A DNA stretch of 58,423 nucleotides, filler included, from Bipalium vagum (lineage: Eukaryota): NCBI GenBank assembly GCA_037834085.1. It is 3 parts of 3 records of this genome, joined end to end, with 100 filler letters (N's around TTAATTAATTAA, not from the genome) between each part and the next. Parts side by side here need not be neighbours in the genome. Positions count along the whole stretch, not along the records: positions 1 to 20,077 come from JBBMKC010261010.1; 2 more parts are not named here. One strand, 5' to 3'. The translations under genes and the position numbers were made by a program. Below the pieces are notes generated by a model. That model ran no database searches. It was given only the letters and a program-made list of their open reading frames with translations, and was not told where the DNA came from. Numbering within the stretch: the first letter of the stretch is position 1; every line of letters begins with the position of its first letter. Positions 1 through 15,100 of the stretch are shown here, in pieces.

Positions 1-77
1 TTATTATTATTGATATTATTATTATTGATATTATTATTATTGATATTATTATTGATATTATTATTATTGATATTATT
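1..77. repeat. (TTA)n-derived 15-nt minisatellite (TTATTATTATTGATA)n
   Basis: About 5 tandem units visible directly; it explains the spurious Leu/Ile ORF 10..246. Confidence 0.9.
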
Positions 78-540
78 TTTTTTTAATATAATTATCACAA
101 AAATAAATATCTTATTAACATTTTCTATTATTACATCACTCATAATGTTTTGTCAAATTCTTATTTATTTTATTTTGCATTTAATATCGCTCGAAAATCC
201 GTTATTTATTCTAGAAAAAATATTAATTAATTCATTAAGAATTTAATTTAAAACATTAATTCCATTTTTTTCTAATTTTGATAAATAAAGAAATTAAATT
301 AAATTCCCATTTATTAAAAACTGTGAATTGTTTAATGAAGAATTTTCTTTCCATTCAATCTTTAATAAAACATGAAAACTGATTTCTAAGATGGGATAAT
401 TATCTGAAAATTATATGTTTATTAGATTTTATGATCATTCAATTAATTATTTTAATTAGTATTTATCATCTGATACGCATCAATGAAAATTTTTGATAAT
501 TTCTCTTTGAGAAATGATTTTTTCAATTTTTCCCATTTAG

Positions 541-3334
541 ATATTAATGAGTGCTCCAATCATTATGATGACTGTCAAGATTACAGCAATTGTGTCAATG
601 GATACGGAGGATATGAGTGTAAATGTGCTCCCGGATATCTGGATGTGTTTGGAGATGGGAAAATATGCAAATGTAGTCATAATATTCTTTTTTTTATCGA
701 AATTTACTATTGTTCATTGTTATCTGATAGACGTCGACCCTTCTGAATGCAAGGAAAAATGCCCAGTTGGTCAGTATTGTAAAGATGGAAAATGCTCTTG
801 TTTGCCCGGACTTAATTCCACAGAAACTAGTAAAGGTCTATCGTGTACTAAAGGTAGGAACGGATTAATTAACAACAACGAAAATAATTGATTATTGTTG
901 ACAAACTCAATAAAAAAAGACGTGAGTAAAAAAATCCCCAGAAAATAAACAGTTTATTTAATGTTATCAATAATAAAATAATATTATTTATTAATAGAAT
1001 ATTTGTACGCCTAGCCAACAAAGCTAGTATTAAATATTTCCGAACATTGAAGTTAAAGAACCAAATGAAGTAGTCACAAAGTCACATATTGGGTTTCATT
1101 TAATTACATCTAGGAAGAATTGATAATGAATTCTCCAATTAAAAAGACGACAAATGCATAATTATTTGACGAATACACTTATATGATTATGATGACGCCT
1201 TGTACATTATGAACTATGTAAATAGGCTTGAAAATAAAACTACTAATGTTTAGAAGTTTTATGCTTCGTTAATTGCAATCCTCTTCTAATACATTGAAGC
1301 TTGATTGATTCGAATTATAAAATAATACACTTCTAACATTGAATGAATTCATAGATTATTGTTGTTCTATGAAATTTAGCCACTGAAAGCTGCCTGCCAG
1401 GTATTTGTCCTCCAGATTCCATATGCGAAGAACGATTAATTGGATACCTTTGCCATTGCAAACCCGGTTTCGAAGGCAGTGGAAAACAGCCCTGTTCCGG
1501 TAAGTTAGAATGTTATATAAATACAGTTTTCCTTTAACGAACCATCTTTTAACTTCTTTATCCATAAATTATTTGTAAGGATAAAATTTTAATTAATATT
1601 AAATAATAAAAAATAATTTATAAATATTTTTCAAATAAACTTTAAAGTAATTTTAATAAATTTAGAGGTTTCGTTTAAAAATTAAATAATTAAATTAATA
1701 ATAATAAAGATTTTATTTAATTAATTTGTTTAAGTAAATAATAAAAAGAGGACACTTATTCAACTTTTAATTTAACTTATTCAACTATTCAATTATTTTC
1801 ATCGAATAAACATGTAACCAAATCTTGACTTTACGAATTTAGAAACTGTTGATAACGTAGCAGTAACAAACATTATTAATGAATGATTTGGAATATTTAG
1901 ATTTATTAAATTAATTAATTAATATTGATTTTATTTATTGATATTTCTTTTGTCCAAGGAAGAGCCATGGATATATATTATATTCATTTTTTTAAATTAT
2001 TTTTTAAATTAATTAATTAACGCCTTAGCAACAGTAAAAATTTATATTATAACATGGTAAAATAAAAATGAAATATATATACCAAAATTTTGAAATGATG
2101 ACATAAAGTATAAGTAAAATTAATTACTATATTGGTGGAACGGTGAAAAATGTACAGAGGATAAATAATGATTTCATTTCCAGTAAAACAAAAAAAATTT
2201 TTTTTCCAATAATGAAAAAGAACATTTTTATATATGCGCTTCATTCATAACAGATTTCCATGGAGAAAAGAAAGGAATTTTCTTATCAATGTTCTTTGAA
2301 TAAAGCTCCGAGGTTTATATCAATTCTTTCACTGATTTTAATTGTTGTTCTTTAAAGTCATGATTTATTTTCTTTTTTCAATTTATCTTTTATTTTTTTA
2401 ATTTTAAACGTATATGATTTTTTGGTGGTGTTATTAAATTTTTATGTAACTTAACTTAAAGTCTATTCATTTAAACAAAAATGAAAATTTTATTTAAAAT
2501 TAAGTGTCTATATTCCACGAGCAATTCAATCTACTTTCGTTATAAAGTTCAGATATTAGATTAAGTGATATTGGATTTAAAATAATAAGTCCTGAAGGCA
2601 TTGAGATTTCATATTAAAGTTTCCTTTTGACAACCAAAATTGTGCTTTATAAATTTGAGTAGTCATATCGGGACTCCTTTGAGAACTTAAAACTGTAGCT
2701 TACCATGTTAGTCCACAAACATCGAAGATTATATTCGTTTTAGGTTTTAGAAATATTTGTTCTTAAGATATCGACGAGTGCAGTCGTAACAGTCACGATT
2801 GTACTGCAAATGAAGACTGTCTAAATACACCAGGATCGTTCAGGTGTACTTGCAAGCACGGATATGTCAGAAACGAAGCCTCTGGGTTGTGTGAATGTAT
2901 AAAAAATTGACATTCTTTTTCCTTTTCATTTAATTTGATTTAGCTGAAAACAAATGCAAATGCGGTATATACGGATTTTGTGAAGAAGATTACAAATGTC
3001 TTTGTAGAGAAGGCTATGGAACAAATACCAATGGAGTTTGTGAAGGTTATTAATTGTGTATAATAAAGATTATCTGATCTATTGTTTGTAAGACATTGAT
3101 GAATGTAGCACCAAATCACCCTGCCATATCCTTGCCAAGTGCACAAATACTCCAGGATCATATATATGTGAATGCCCGGAAAACTACTATGGAAACGCAT
3201 CTATAAAATGCAGTAAATTAAATTTTATTTGTTATTAAATGATAATGACTGTTATAAAATAGATTAAAATATATAAAATAGTTGTAAAATATAAAATATA
3301 AAAACAAAAATATTATAAAATAATAATAATAAAA

Positions 3335-3367
<33 letters not shown>

Positions 3368-6300
3368 GTATAAATAAAATATAAATATATATATAAATCC
3401 AAAGAAACTTTAAATTCAGCTAAAAATTTTTTTTCAGAATCTTTAATAAGTTAAAATTTATATTAAAATTAAAATATTTATTTTGAAAAAATTCCAAATA
3501 AAAAATAATTCAATTATTTTTTTATTATAAGTATTAATTATTATTTATTATCATTTATTTTATATTATAATTATTTATTATTATCCATTATTATTTATTA
3601 TTTTTTATATTATAATTATTTATTATTTATTATAATAATTATGGAAATTGAAAATAATATTTAAATTGAATTTTTCTTTTTTATAATTATATAATTTTAT
3701 AATTAAAAACTTCTCTTTCCCATAATAAATCAATATATACTGATATGTTATAAAATTTCTAATAAAAAAGCTTAAACCCAAAATTCGGATTTTTTAAAGA
3801 TTTTTTTAATCATCTTTATTTTATTATTTACACTTCAAAGACGAATCGAATATTGGTTAGAATTCATTAAAAATAAAAAATAGAGAAAATAATTGTGCGA
3901 AAATCCCAATCCATTCTACTAAGGTGCTGGTCATGAGAAAAACATGTTTCCTTATTCAGAATTTACATAAATTATTTATGTTGAAGTCTGAAATCTTGAA
4001 ATTTTTTAAATTAAAAAAGAAATGATTTTTCTGAAATATATTTGAAAAAAATAATTGAAAAATGGTGAAAATAAAAACCAGAGAAAGTATGATTTCTTAA
4101 ATGATAAAAATATTTCTACTGCGTCCTCATTGAAGACCAGTTATTATTATTATTATATAAATTCTATGATAATTAAATAAATTTCTAAAAAGGCATTATT
4201 ATTTCATTCTCATCATTATTGAATTTTAATAAGGTCTGTTATTACCAAACTATGAAAGAAAATATAATATTTCATCAAAAAGGATAATTATTAAAATAAA
4301 AATTAATAAAGAACTACGACTTGTAAAAGTCGCTAATTAATTTACTTTTACATAAAGTCGAAAAATTCACTTGTATTGTGGAAAAATAAAACTAATTAAA
4401 CAGAAATTAACATCTTTAAGCCGAAAATTATAAACATACGAATAAAATTCGCAACTCAATTAGCATGGTTACAACGCATTAGGGCACGACAATAGTCGTA
4501 GGCAAACGATAAGTTAGGATTTTGCGAAGAAAATGACCATGTCTTTTCATTATGCAATAAGGCGACCGGCAGCAGTTATCATCAACAGCAGAATGCAAGC
4601 TGTTTAATTATTCCCTTTTTAACAATACAACAGAACTTTTGCAGTTGTTAAATAATTAAGTGTCATGGGAATTAGGGCTTGTCTGTCTTATTATGTTATT
4701 GCAACCATACAATAAAAAATTATTATTAATTAAGTTATGATGATTGTGATTTCGAACAAATAAATTTTACTTCAAAATATAATTACATTTCCCCAAAGAG
4801 AAAGGAGCAGTCGATTTGCTTCATTTGATGAATCAAATACAGTTAAACGATATCATTATTTGTGTACAATTATAATTTCATAATTTTCTTTGGAAATTAT
4901 TCTTTTAAATTTATTTACTAATTAAGTTAATAATCAACGATAATCAAATTATAATTCGGTAAAAGTCTCAATAGCAAAACATAATTTTTTAAAAATATTA
5001 TTAACAGAATTTTTCCTTATATCGTCTTTATTATTTTTATTTATTTATTTATATTGAAAATATCTACAATTAGTTAGAATAATCAATAAAAACTTTTCCT
5101 CTTTTTCTAATCGAGTTTTCATTACTGTAATCACTTTTTTAAAGATTTATATAGTCAAGAGTACATAACTATATAGGTAAATCATGAACGCCCTATAAAT
5201 TGAACAAGTATATCAACATATACCGATTATGTTAAGAATTGATATTTTAATATATTTATATTCATTTTTTAACAGATTAAAATATCTAAATTCAGAAATA
5301 CACAATTTTATATAAGGACTTTTAAATTTATCACTAATTATTACTATGCTAACTACCGTTAAAAGTCCATTATAATAAAATTATTAGTTATTTGTAATTA
5401 ATCTTTTACTATTTTGAAAAATATCATTTTTCTTTTTAAATTTCCTGAAATAATATCTTAGTTTATAAAATCATTTATTTGGAAGTGATTACACTAATTA
5501 ATAATAATTTATTATTAATTTTATATAAAATTTAATATTCTACATACATGTTTTAATGGTTCAAATAAAATTTGATTGTGTGATATATATGATTTAAATG
5601 TTCAAATTAAAAGTAGCTTATTATTTTTTATTTGTAATTTTCAAGGTATTAATTTATTACTTTTTAAATAATATTTAAGTTTCTAATTCAATTTTTTTTA
5701 GTTGAGGATAAATGTAAAACCAAATCAATACAATGTCAACCTGATGAAGAATGTACCCAGTCTTTATTTGGAAGCGTATGTCACAAGAAGATATGTAACT
5801 CTACCGAATTACTTATTGATGGTGAATGTATATCAGGTATTGATTTTGAAATATTTTACATTTACAATTTAATTTAAAAGAGAATTTTTTGAGTTGAGAT
5901 TTTTAAATAGTTCTATAATTATTTATTTAAATTTTGAGAAATGGTAAAATTGAATAATTCTAGGACGACTTTAATTAACTTGTCTTTTGTAATCAAAATG
6001 AGAAAAGATTATGGGAATCTCGACAGATATATAAATTGTTTGTAGATCTAACCTTTTATGTCCAAAATATAAATTTCTAATTGTTCTAAGCTGGTAAGAT
6101 TTTTCTTATCTATTCTAATATATTACTATATTTGAGCTAAGATGTTAAAAAGAATTTATCTTAATGTCTATAGCAATTTGTATTACAATAATTTATATGT
6201 ACAGATAATGACAAATAAATATACAAACATTTAAAATTTAACATCTCGTCTTCAAGCCTAACGCCCATTAAATATCCTTGAATTAATGCCATCGCGCACT

Positions 6301-7926
6301 CTTTATAATATTGAAATACTTGAGTTTGATATTCTCTATTTGGTTTCTGAAATTAACCATTGTGACCAATTATTTAGATCGAATAGTGCTGATTAGTTCA
6401 AAAATACATGTTCCCGTTGCTAATTATCTCATATTTTTCATCAAATTAGTTAGAAAAAGACAAAGATAATTTGTCGATTTCCAAATAATTTTGTTTTAGT
6501 CATCAAACAACATAATGCCTATCAACAATTTCAAAACTAGCACTAGGGATAATATTATCCATCATTGGGATTAATGTTCTAAATTTACTACTTTATATAT
6601 AACTATGACATCAATTTTATTTTAAAATTATTTAAAAATAAAATCTAAGCGATTTTAGTGTATGTAAAAATTGAAAAGACAAAACTTTAGAAACTTTCAT
6701 TGAAGATATATTTACACTTAAATTCTTGTATTAAAATTAATATTATAATGATAATATAAAATAATAATTTAATCCATAATTGTAAGTTTTTTAATAATGT
6801 ATTAATTTTATCACAAATCCGAAATATTCAAACAGATTTAGTCAAACCATGGGAATCCTATAGTAATATAAATTAAAATAAGAGATTAAAATTTTATGTT
6901 AAATAAATAACTGATTAAATATTATGTCTTCACTCAATCAATAAAATATTTTTAGATTATTAAATTTTATAAAACATAAAAATATAAATTTTAAATGTTA
7001 TCTAAAATTAAAATTTAATTAATATTTTAAATTTTATAATTTTAATAAAGCCACTACATTCAAATATAAATGTGATTTTAAATTTAAATGGTCTGATTAG
7101 ACTTCTTATAAAGATATCATCAACAGTTTGATTGTGGTACAATTTGCATATCTGTTTTTGAGTTTTCGAAATTTTTAAGTTTAACTTGAAGGTGTAATAA
7201 GAAAATCATTTTTGTTGGAAAACTTTATAGTAAAACAAAAATGATAACCTTTTGTTCGAAATAGTATCTTAAATAACAACAAAGTCGATTTTGTTGATTT
7301 TTAACGTGCTGTTTAGTTTCTTTATCCAATATTTACTATTTTCAGTATAATTTTCAATATTACTTAATTTAGCATTAACGTCATAATTTTTATCACCAGT
7401 GTCCAAGGCTTGCGAATCCGTTCATTGTGGAAAGAATGCTGTTTGTAGAATTGAGAATGGTCGAACGAACTGTTTCTGTGATTCTGGGTATTTTGGAGAT
7501 GGAGAGTCTTGTGTAAATATCAACGAATGCTCTAATGGAGAAATAAGTTGTCCCAAGAATTCACGTTGTCAAGACAAAGACGGATCTTTCTATTGTGCAT
7601 GTATTCCAGGCTTTGAGAGACCAGGTTTTTAAATTTTTTTATACATTGTGGTTTTCTAAATTGAATTTCTTTATAATTAATAATCAGTTTTGTTATAAAT
7701 AATAATAATAATAAAATAAAGATACAGTGATATTACTTTAACTGATTTCTGTTCGAATCTTTTTTTGTTAACCGATTCTTGTTCTGTTGTGAAAGTGTTA
7801 TTTTACTCTTAGTTCATGTCAATTATTTTGATCAGTTGTTTAATAGATTTAATCAAAAATGATTTTTAACAAAAAAATAGTACTTTGATTAGTTACTATT
7901 ATTCTAATCATCATTTTTTATTATCA

Positions 7927-7992
<66 letters not shown>

Positions 7993-8702
7993 AAATTCCT
8001 AAAATTATAGATTTATTGATAAATCTAATTTCAACAATTTTTAAATGTTTTTTTTAAAAGACAATAGTTAGACTTTGAAGAAATAATCATCTATCATTTT
8101 TCCAATCTCTTGATGTTTTGCTTTTTTTATTTTTAATTACAGATTTTTTTATTTTCAAAACTAATTTAAAAAATTTATTCAAATTTTGTCATCTTTATTC
8201 ATAGATTTTATGTTTTATTTATTTACTTATATTTTTCTTAGAAAAAATATATTGTATAATAATTTTTTTACTTAGATAAAGGTAGATAAAAATGTAATGG
8301 AACTTTCACAAAATTGAAAAAATATTTTTAATTTTATTATATTTAACGAACGATTTTTCGGTTATCTTATTTTCATTATTTTTAATTTAATTACCATTTT
8401 CCTTTTATTACATAACCAAAAACTTACAAAAACTAAAATATTCGTTTAACAATTTCTAAATTGTAGTTCAGACAGTTGCAGTCAGATAAATTTAACTTTG
8501 TTTTAGTCTGCAATCTACTAAGATAAAAGATTAAGATTACCGTTGTATTTGCCAACTTCCTTTCCTGGGCAAAATAAATATCTATCTTATTTTTAATGCT
8601 CTAACATTTTTATTGTTTTACTACTTTTTATTTTGAAAAAATTAATTCTTAATTTTATTTCAAGCACTTATCGGATTATTATTTGTTTTATTTTTATTGA
8701 TA

Positions 8703-8750
<48 letters not shown>

Positions 8751-9109
8751 ACTTTTGAATATCAATATTACTTTAAAATACTTAAATAATTTATAAAAAT
8801 ATTAATGAAAAGTTTTATATATATTATAAAAACCTTTCTTACGTTTATTGATTACCATCACTTTATTTTCATAAATTTCTTTATTATTTAAAAATATATT
8901 CAACATAAAAATGAAAAATGAAATCAGTACAGATTTTAGGAATCATTATTTTTTTCAAAATAAGTACTCAATTCAACATGTTTGTTAGTTTAATGTAAAT
9001 AGATTAATTAGTTATTTTTAATTATTAATTTAGAATTATTTAATATTACTTTTCTGTTATGATTTCTTTGTTGTTATTATTATTATAAAGTTCGTTATTA
9101 ATATTACAA

Positions 9110-9185
<76 letters not shown>

Positions 9186-12100
9186 GCTGATGATGTAAAA
9201 TCTCAAAACCAATTCTTTTTAATGATTCTTTAACTGGTTTTGCAAGATGTGGTCTGTCGTAATCGTATTTTAAAATGATCTGATAGTGTATTAGGCTATA
9301 TTATGGTCTATTGGTACTTATTGGATGACTTAAATCGAGTAATTGCTGCTGATATCAATCACTAGTTACAGTTTCGGATAGTTTGAGAACATCATGGTAC
9401 AATACTCCTATTTGGTCCCACCAGATACATAGTATCACTTTACTTCTATTCATCCATCTCTTGTACTGTTGATGTTGATGGTTCTTCGGGCATTGTCCAT
9501 GATTTTCTGCGCTTGAGATTCTTATACCACAACCATTTTTCATCACTAATTACATTTCGATGCAAAAATGAATGCCTTGTAAGTAACATTTTGCAAACAG
9601 TTTCTTACTGCCATTCGGTCAAATCATTAGGTATCCATTTTCCATACTTTTTGATCATTCCCAATGCGTGCATCCGTTTACCAACAGTTAACCTGTCACC
9701 ATTCATTTTTCTAGCTATTTCTTCAAGTGTTTGGCATGGATCTGTTTTGATAATTCTTGGAAAATTTTTGGTTGTCCTGATCATTCTTTGTATTCGATGC
9801 TAAAGTAATCTGTTTTAAATCGTCGATATCATTATCGGCATGTTGGTTCGGACAAGGCATATTCACTGTAAGTTCTTGCCATTAATCTTTGGACTTCGGC
9901 TACTGATTTCTTTTAATTGTAGCAAAATTATAATGATTCCCGCAAAATTTGTTTTCTTGGTGGTATGATTTTGCATTTTTGCTAAAATAAATAAGCTCTT
10001 TAATCAATTAAAAAAACACTAACTACTGATATCTTATAGATATATTTCAATATTACTTTATAGTTTTATTCTCAATGATAAATGTACAATATTTATAATA
10101 ATAAATCTATACCAAAACGATGAGAACTAATTCTTATAAATAATATTTTCTTATATTGTAATTGAAATCAATTTTAATCTTTTTATGAGCAGCAAAATTA
10201 CATTTATACCCCATTTTAGATAACGGTTCAAAATCCGATCCGTGTGAAGACATCAACGAATGTAAAATTGAAAAGTCATGTGCTGTCAATGCCATATGTA
10301 GTAACACAGTAGGATCATTCCAATGTTCTTGTAAAACTGGTTATTTCGGAGAAGGTCGGTATAATTGTGAAGGTAGGCACCATAAATTAATATTAATGTA
10401 AAAAACACGGCCCTAAATTATATTTATAGTCGATTCAAAATGTAAAAGATTCAATGGGTGCCATGAGCATGCGTCTTGTTTGATCAGTGCTAAATCATCA
10501 CTTTATGAATGTCAATGTGACTCAGGCTATTCTGGAGACGGTATTCAAAATTGTATCAGTGAGCGTTTGGTTTCGGTTATGGAAAGAGAAATATTTCAAT
10601 TTTCATTCAATTTCAGAAGACAATGTTTGCTTTGAAAACGGAAAACCAATTTGTCATCCAAATGCCGTTTGTAATCCATTAAATTCCACATATCACTGTA
10701 TCTGTCCTTCCGGTTTCCAAGGAGACGGATACAATTTCTGCAACGGTATGTTTTATCAACATTTATCATTCACAAAATAAAAGCAAACCATTCTGTAGAT
10801 ATAGACGAATGCCTGAGTCCCGATACGCACAACTGTTCTACTTTGGAAAAATGTGTCAATACAAATGGAGAGTATAATTGTCTGTGTGGAGAAGGCGCTA
10901 CTTTGATCAACAAAATCTGTACAGGTAAGCGTAAAATGAAAAATTTTATAATTAATAATAATTATTATTTTGACAGTAAATGAATAATAATAATTAATAA
11001 TAATAATAAATAAATAATAATAATAATATATGAATAGTAATTAGTATTATAAAGAAATTGCTTGATTAATAAAATTATTTACAGACATAAACGAGTGCAA
11101 TGGCGAAGGTAAAAACAATTGCTCAGAATATGCGATCTGTCACAATACTCAAGGATCGTATCATTGCCAATGTTTGGATGGATTTTCTGGAGATGGAGCA
11201 AATTGCAAAGGTTCATCTTATATAAAAATCATTATTATTAATATTATTTTATTGTATGCTTTTGCTTTTTTGCCTAACTACAGATATCGATGAGTGCAAA
11301 CTTGGTTTGGCCAATTGCAGTCAAAATGCCCTGTGTCACAATAAGCCAGGAACATTTGATTGTGAATGTCAAGCAGGAACAATTGGCAATGGAACGACAT
11401 GTGAAGACGAGGACGAATGCACAAAACCCAAAGGAAATCCCGGTGCCGCAGAATGTGACGAAAACGCTATCTGTACGAACAAGGTAACACAAATGGAATA
11501 AATCGATAAATAAATGCTTAAACTTTTCTCTATAGAATCCTGGATATGGTTGTCAATGCAAACCGGGTTATGTTGGAACGGGATGGTTTTGTGTCAAAGA
11601 GAGTCCGTGTAACGAGCCTAACGTGTGTACCATAAATCAAACGTGTCACCTGAATGACAATTATACCAAACCGATCTGCGAATGCAAGCCCGATTTTCAG
11701 CTGGAAAAAGGACAATGTGTCCGTAAGTCGATGTTTCAAAGTCTTTGTTTTATTTTATATTTCTTTTCTTTCTGTCTCGGATCAGTGAAACAAGAATGTA
11801 ACAATGGAACACACAATTGCAACCCGCAAACTTCCGATTGTGTTCAACTGGAACGTGGATACAAGTGCCAATGTAAACCCGGGTTCAAAATGGTTGGAAA
11901 TGTTTGTGAAGGTATAAACGATTTTTAACCAATTAATCCATCGATCTAATCCCCTTTTTTCGCCCTGTTTTCGTTTTTCAGACAAAAACGAGTGTGACCC
12001 CAAAAGTCCGGATTTTGCTGCCCAAAAATGTGCCATGACCGGTGGCGGATGCCTGAATACACCAGGCGGTTACCTTTGCACTTGCACCAATCAAAAGACT

Positions 12101-15100
12101 GATAAAGAAAAAACATATTGCATTCGTATTGTTTTTTATTGATTTATTTGATCGATAAAGTATTTTTTTGTTTTTATACAGCAATTGACAAATGTGCTGA
12201 GAAACTCGATAAATGTGACAGGCATCTGGAAACTTGTATCACGAATAAAGACTATTCTTATACGTGCAAATGCATTGATGGATATGAAAGTATTTGATTT
12301 TATCTTCTTTTTTTGAATTTGTGTTATTGATTAATATTTTTTGAGAGATTTTTTTGTTTTATTTTCGAAAGTCTCTCTTTTTAAGGTGCAGCACTCATTT
12401 TTTATAACATATATTTTTTATCTGTTATTATTGTATGAAAATATTGTGAATTTTCTGATTATTAATGTTTCAAGATAATCGATAATAATTTAATTAATTA
12501 AGTAATGAAAACTTAATAAAATTTTTAATTTGTTCAACAATTTTGTGACACAATAGAAGTAAATGATACCTGTGTGGACATTGATGAATGCAGCTTGAAA
12601 ATGGATTTGTGTAAAGACAATGCTACATGTTCCAACACCATCGGTTCTTATACTTGTATCTGTCCTGAAAATTTGAAATTGTCCACTTCAAAAACGAGTT
12701 GCACGGGTAATTTTATTGATATTAACTGATTTTTCCGTTTTTTTGATGATTTTATTTACCATTGTTTCTCCTTAGACCGAAACGAATGTATAGAAAATCC
12801 AACTATTTGCGGTCCCTATGCTAAATGTATCAACACGGAAGGATCACATCAGTGCACTTGCATTGTCGGTTTCAAATGGAATGGAACGAGTTGTGAAGGT
12901 AAAATAGCGATATCGATTTGTTTGATTAATTTTTTCTTAATCGTAAGATATTGACGAATGTGCCAATAATAACCATCCTTGCCATACCTTTGCTCAATGC
13001 TCCAATGTTCCAGGATCTTGCACCTGCAAGTGTAAACCCGGATATACTGGAGATGGAATCTATCAATGTTCAGGTTGTTATAAATATTAATAATTTATGT
13101 TTCTCGCTAACTGGATAACTATCCTTTATTAAATATTGATATCTTAATGTTTATTTTATTGCAGAAGTCGATACTTGTCCCCCAAAAGAACTTGCCAAAT
13201 GCCCTCGAGGATCTTATTGTAATTTTGTCGACAATGTGACCCACTGCAACTGTAAAAATGGATTTAACAATGGTCATTCGTCTAAATGTGTTGGAGATGT
13301 GTGCTACAACGATTGTGATGGTTTGTTTCATCTTGCTTGTTCTTTTTAGTTTTTCTTCGATCAATGTTATCTGACCAACTTTACCTCACGTTCTGATTCA
13401 AAAGTTTTGTCCAACGATAAATTTCTCAAATAATAACCATTTTGAAAATGATTACATTTAAATTATAATTAAAAATTAATATTATATTGATTAATTTAAT
13501 TTTTACAGAAATTTGATATTTTATTATTATTCTCATTGATTATTTTTGTTTTACATTGATGTGCAAGCACTAGCTTTATTTTCCGATTACAATGATTTAA
13601 AGAAAAATGGATGGTATCCATGATCGAGAAATAGTGACGCGGAAACAAGAAAAGAGAAACTTTTTCTGTCACAGAATTTGAAGAACCAGCACTTGCTGAT
13701 CTTGAATGTTATCAGGAGATTCTAAATGTCCATTTGATACAGGTCCTTGTGAATTAACACATTTTGCTGGTTCTTAATGAAATGAAATTATCGGCATTTA
13801 AATTATACATATGCAACTTTTGAAATTTTCTTTTCAATGAATGAAATTTTCAAGAATTAAACATAACTTATTGACAATTTTGTGGTTATAGAAATTCTCA
13901 AAAGCTTATACAGTAAGCCCGGTTTAATCCTAATGGTCCCTTGTCCGGAAAGTCTGATCAGGATTAATCGTTTCACTAAGCTACTTGTAACATGAAGCAT
14001 GAGATATCAAGTTTATGAAAGAGATTGAGTTTGAACTTTACTATGTAAATGAATTGCAAAAAGTTTAGCTTAACAACTGCTAAAAATCTACATGACGACG
14101 CTGACAAAAGAGAATAACATCATATAAATGTACTTTATCGTAAGATCCAGCAAGAACAATTCTTACTAATTAACAAAAATCTTCACCGAGATAAATGATT
14201 GTATTACTTGGATGTTATGAAAATTCTTAATCGTCTGGATTGAAAATTGAAACACGATAATTTAAAAAATTAAAGTTCTATCACCTAATTCCTTTTTCTG
14301 ATCAAGTTCTGTGAACTTTTGTACAATAGTTGATTATTTATTGATTGGACAATTGTTTTGATAAACTTATCCGGAAATTTTATTTCTGGATGTATAATTT
14401 ATGTTAATTACTTTTATCAGACCTTTCCCAACTATCGACTTTTTTACATTTTCCATTATATTGACATTTATTTACTTATTTCTCTTCTTCTGATAAGAAT
14501 TTTGACTTGTATAGCCGATTTGGTTTTGTATTTTTTGATTTATTTCCGGTTAAATATGTATCAATAGCATTCTTTTGGTTTATATCTATATTATCAGACA
14601 AATGAGTACTTCTTGATATGTAACCATTATTCCAGATATTAATGAATGTTTAACGAACAAATCCGTTTGTCACGAATTAGCTAAATGCAGCAACAAAGAA
14701 GGGTCATTTGTTTGTGCTTGTCCTCCTTATTTGTCTGGAGATGGTAAAATAAAATGTGAAGGTACTTAATTGATATTTTGTATGATCGATTAAGTTTTAT
14801 CCAAAAATGATTTCATTCAGATCAGAATGAATGCGCAATTAACCTTCATACTTGCAATCTGACGACATCGTTTTGTGAAAATCTCGATAACACCCAAAAT
14901 GTTCTCCTTCCTTTTCAGTGTAATTGTTTTGCCGGTAATATTTTTTCACTATTATTAATATAACTTTTCATTATATTTTTCTTTGTTTTTATTCAATTAT
15001 TTAAATTATTATTAATTAATATTTTCTTTGATTTTGAAAACAGCTTTAGAGACTATTACGTTTTCATAATTTAGACTAATTCTGAGATAAATAAAACAAA

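Noticed and set aside
10-246. Hydrophobic 78-aa ORF (and similar poly-I/Y/N ORFs at 31734, 33570, 34833)
   Set aside because: These are translations of ATT-type microsatellites or T-rich low-complexity DNA.
13908-13970. TACAGTAAGCCCGGTTTAATCC as a pogo-like TIR
   Set aside because: No matching inverted partner or transposase trace was found.
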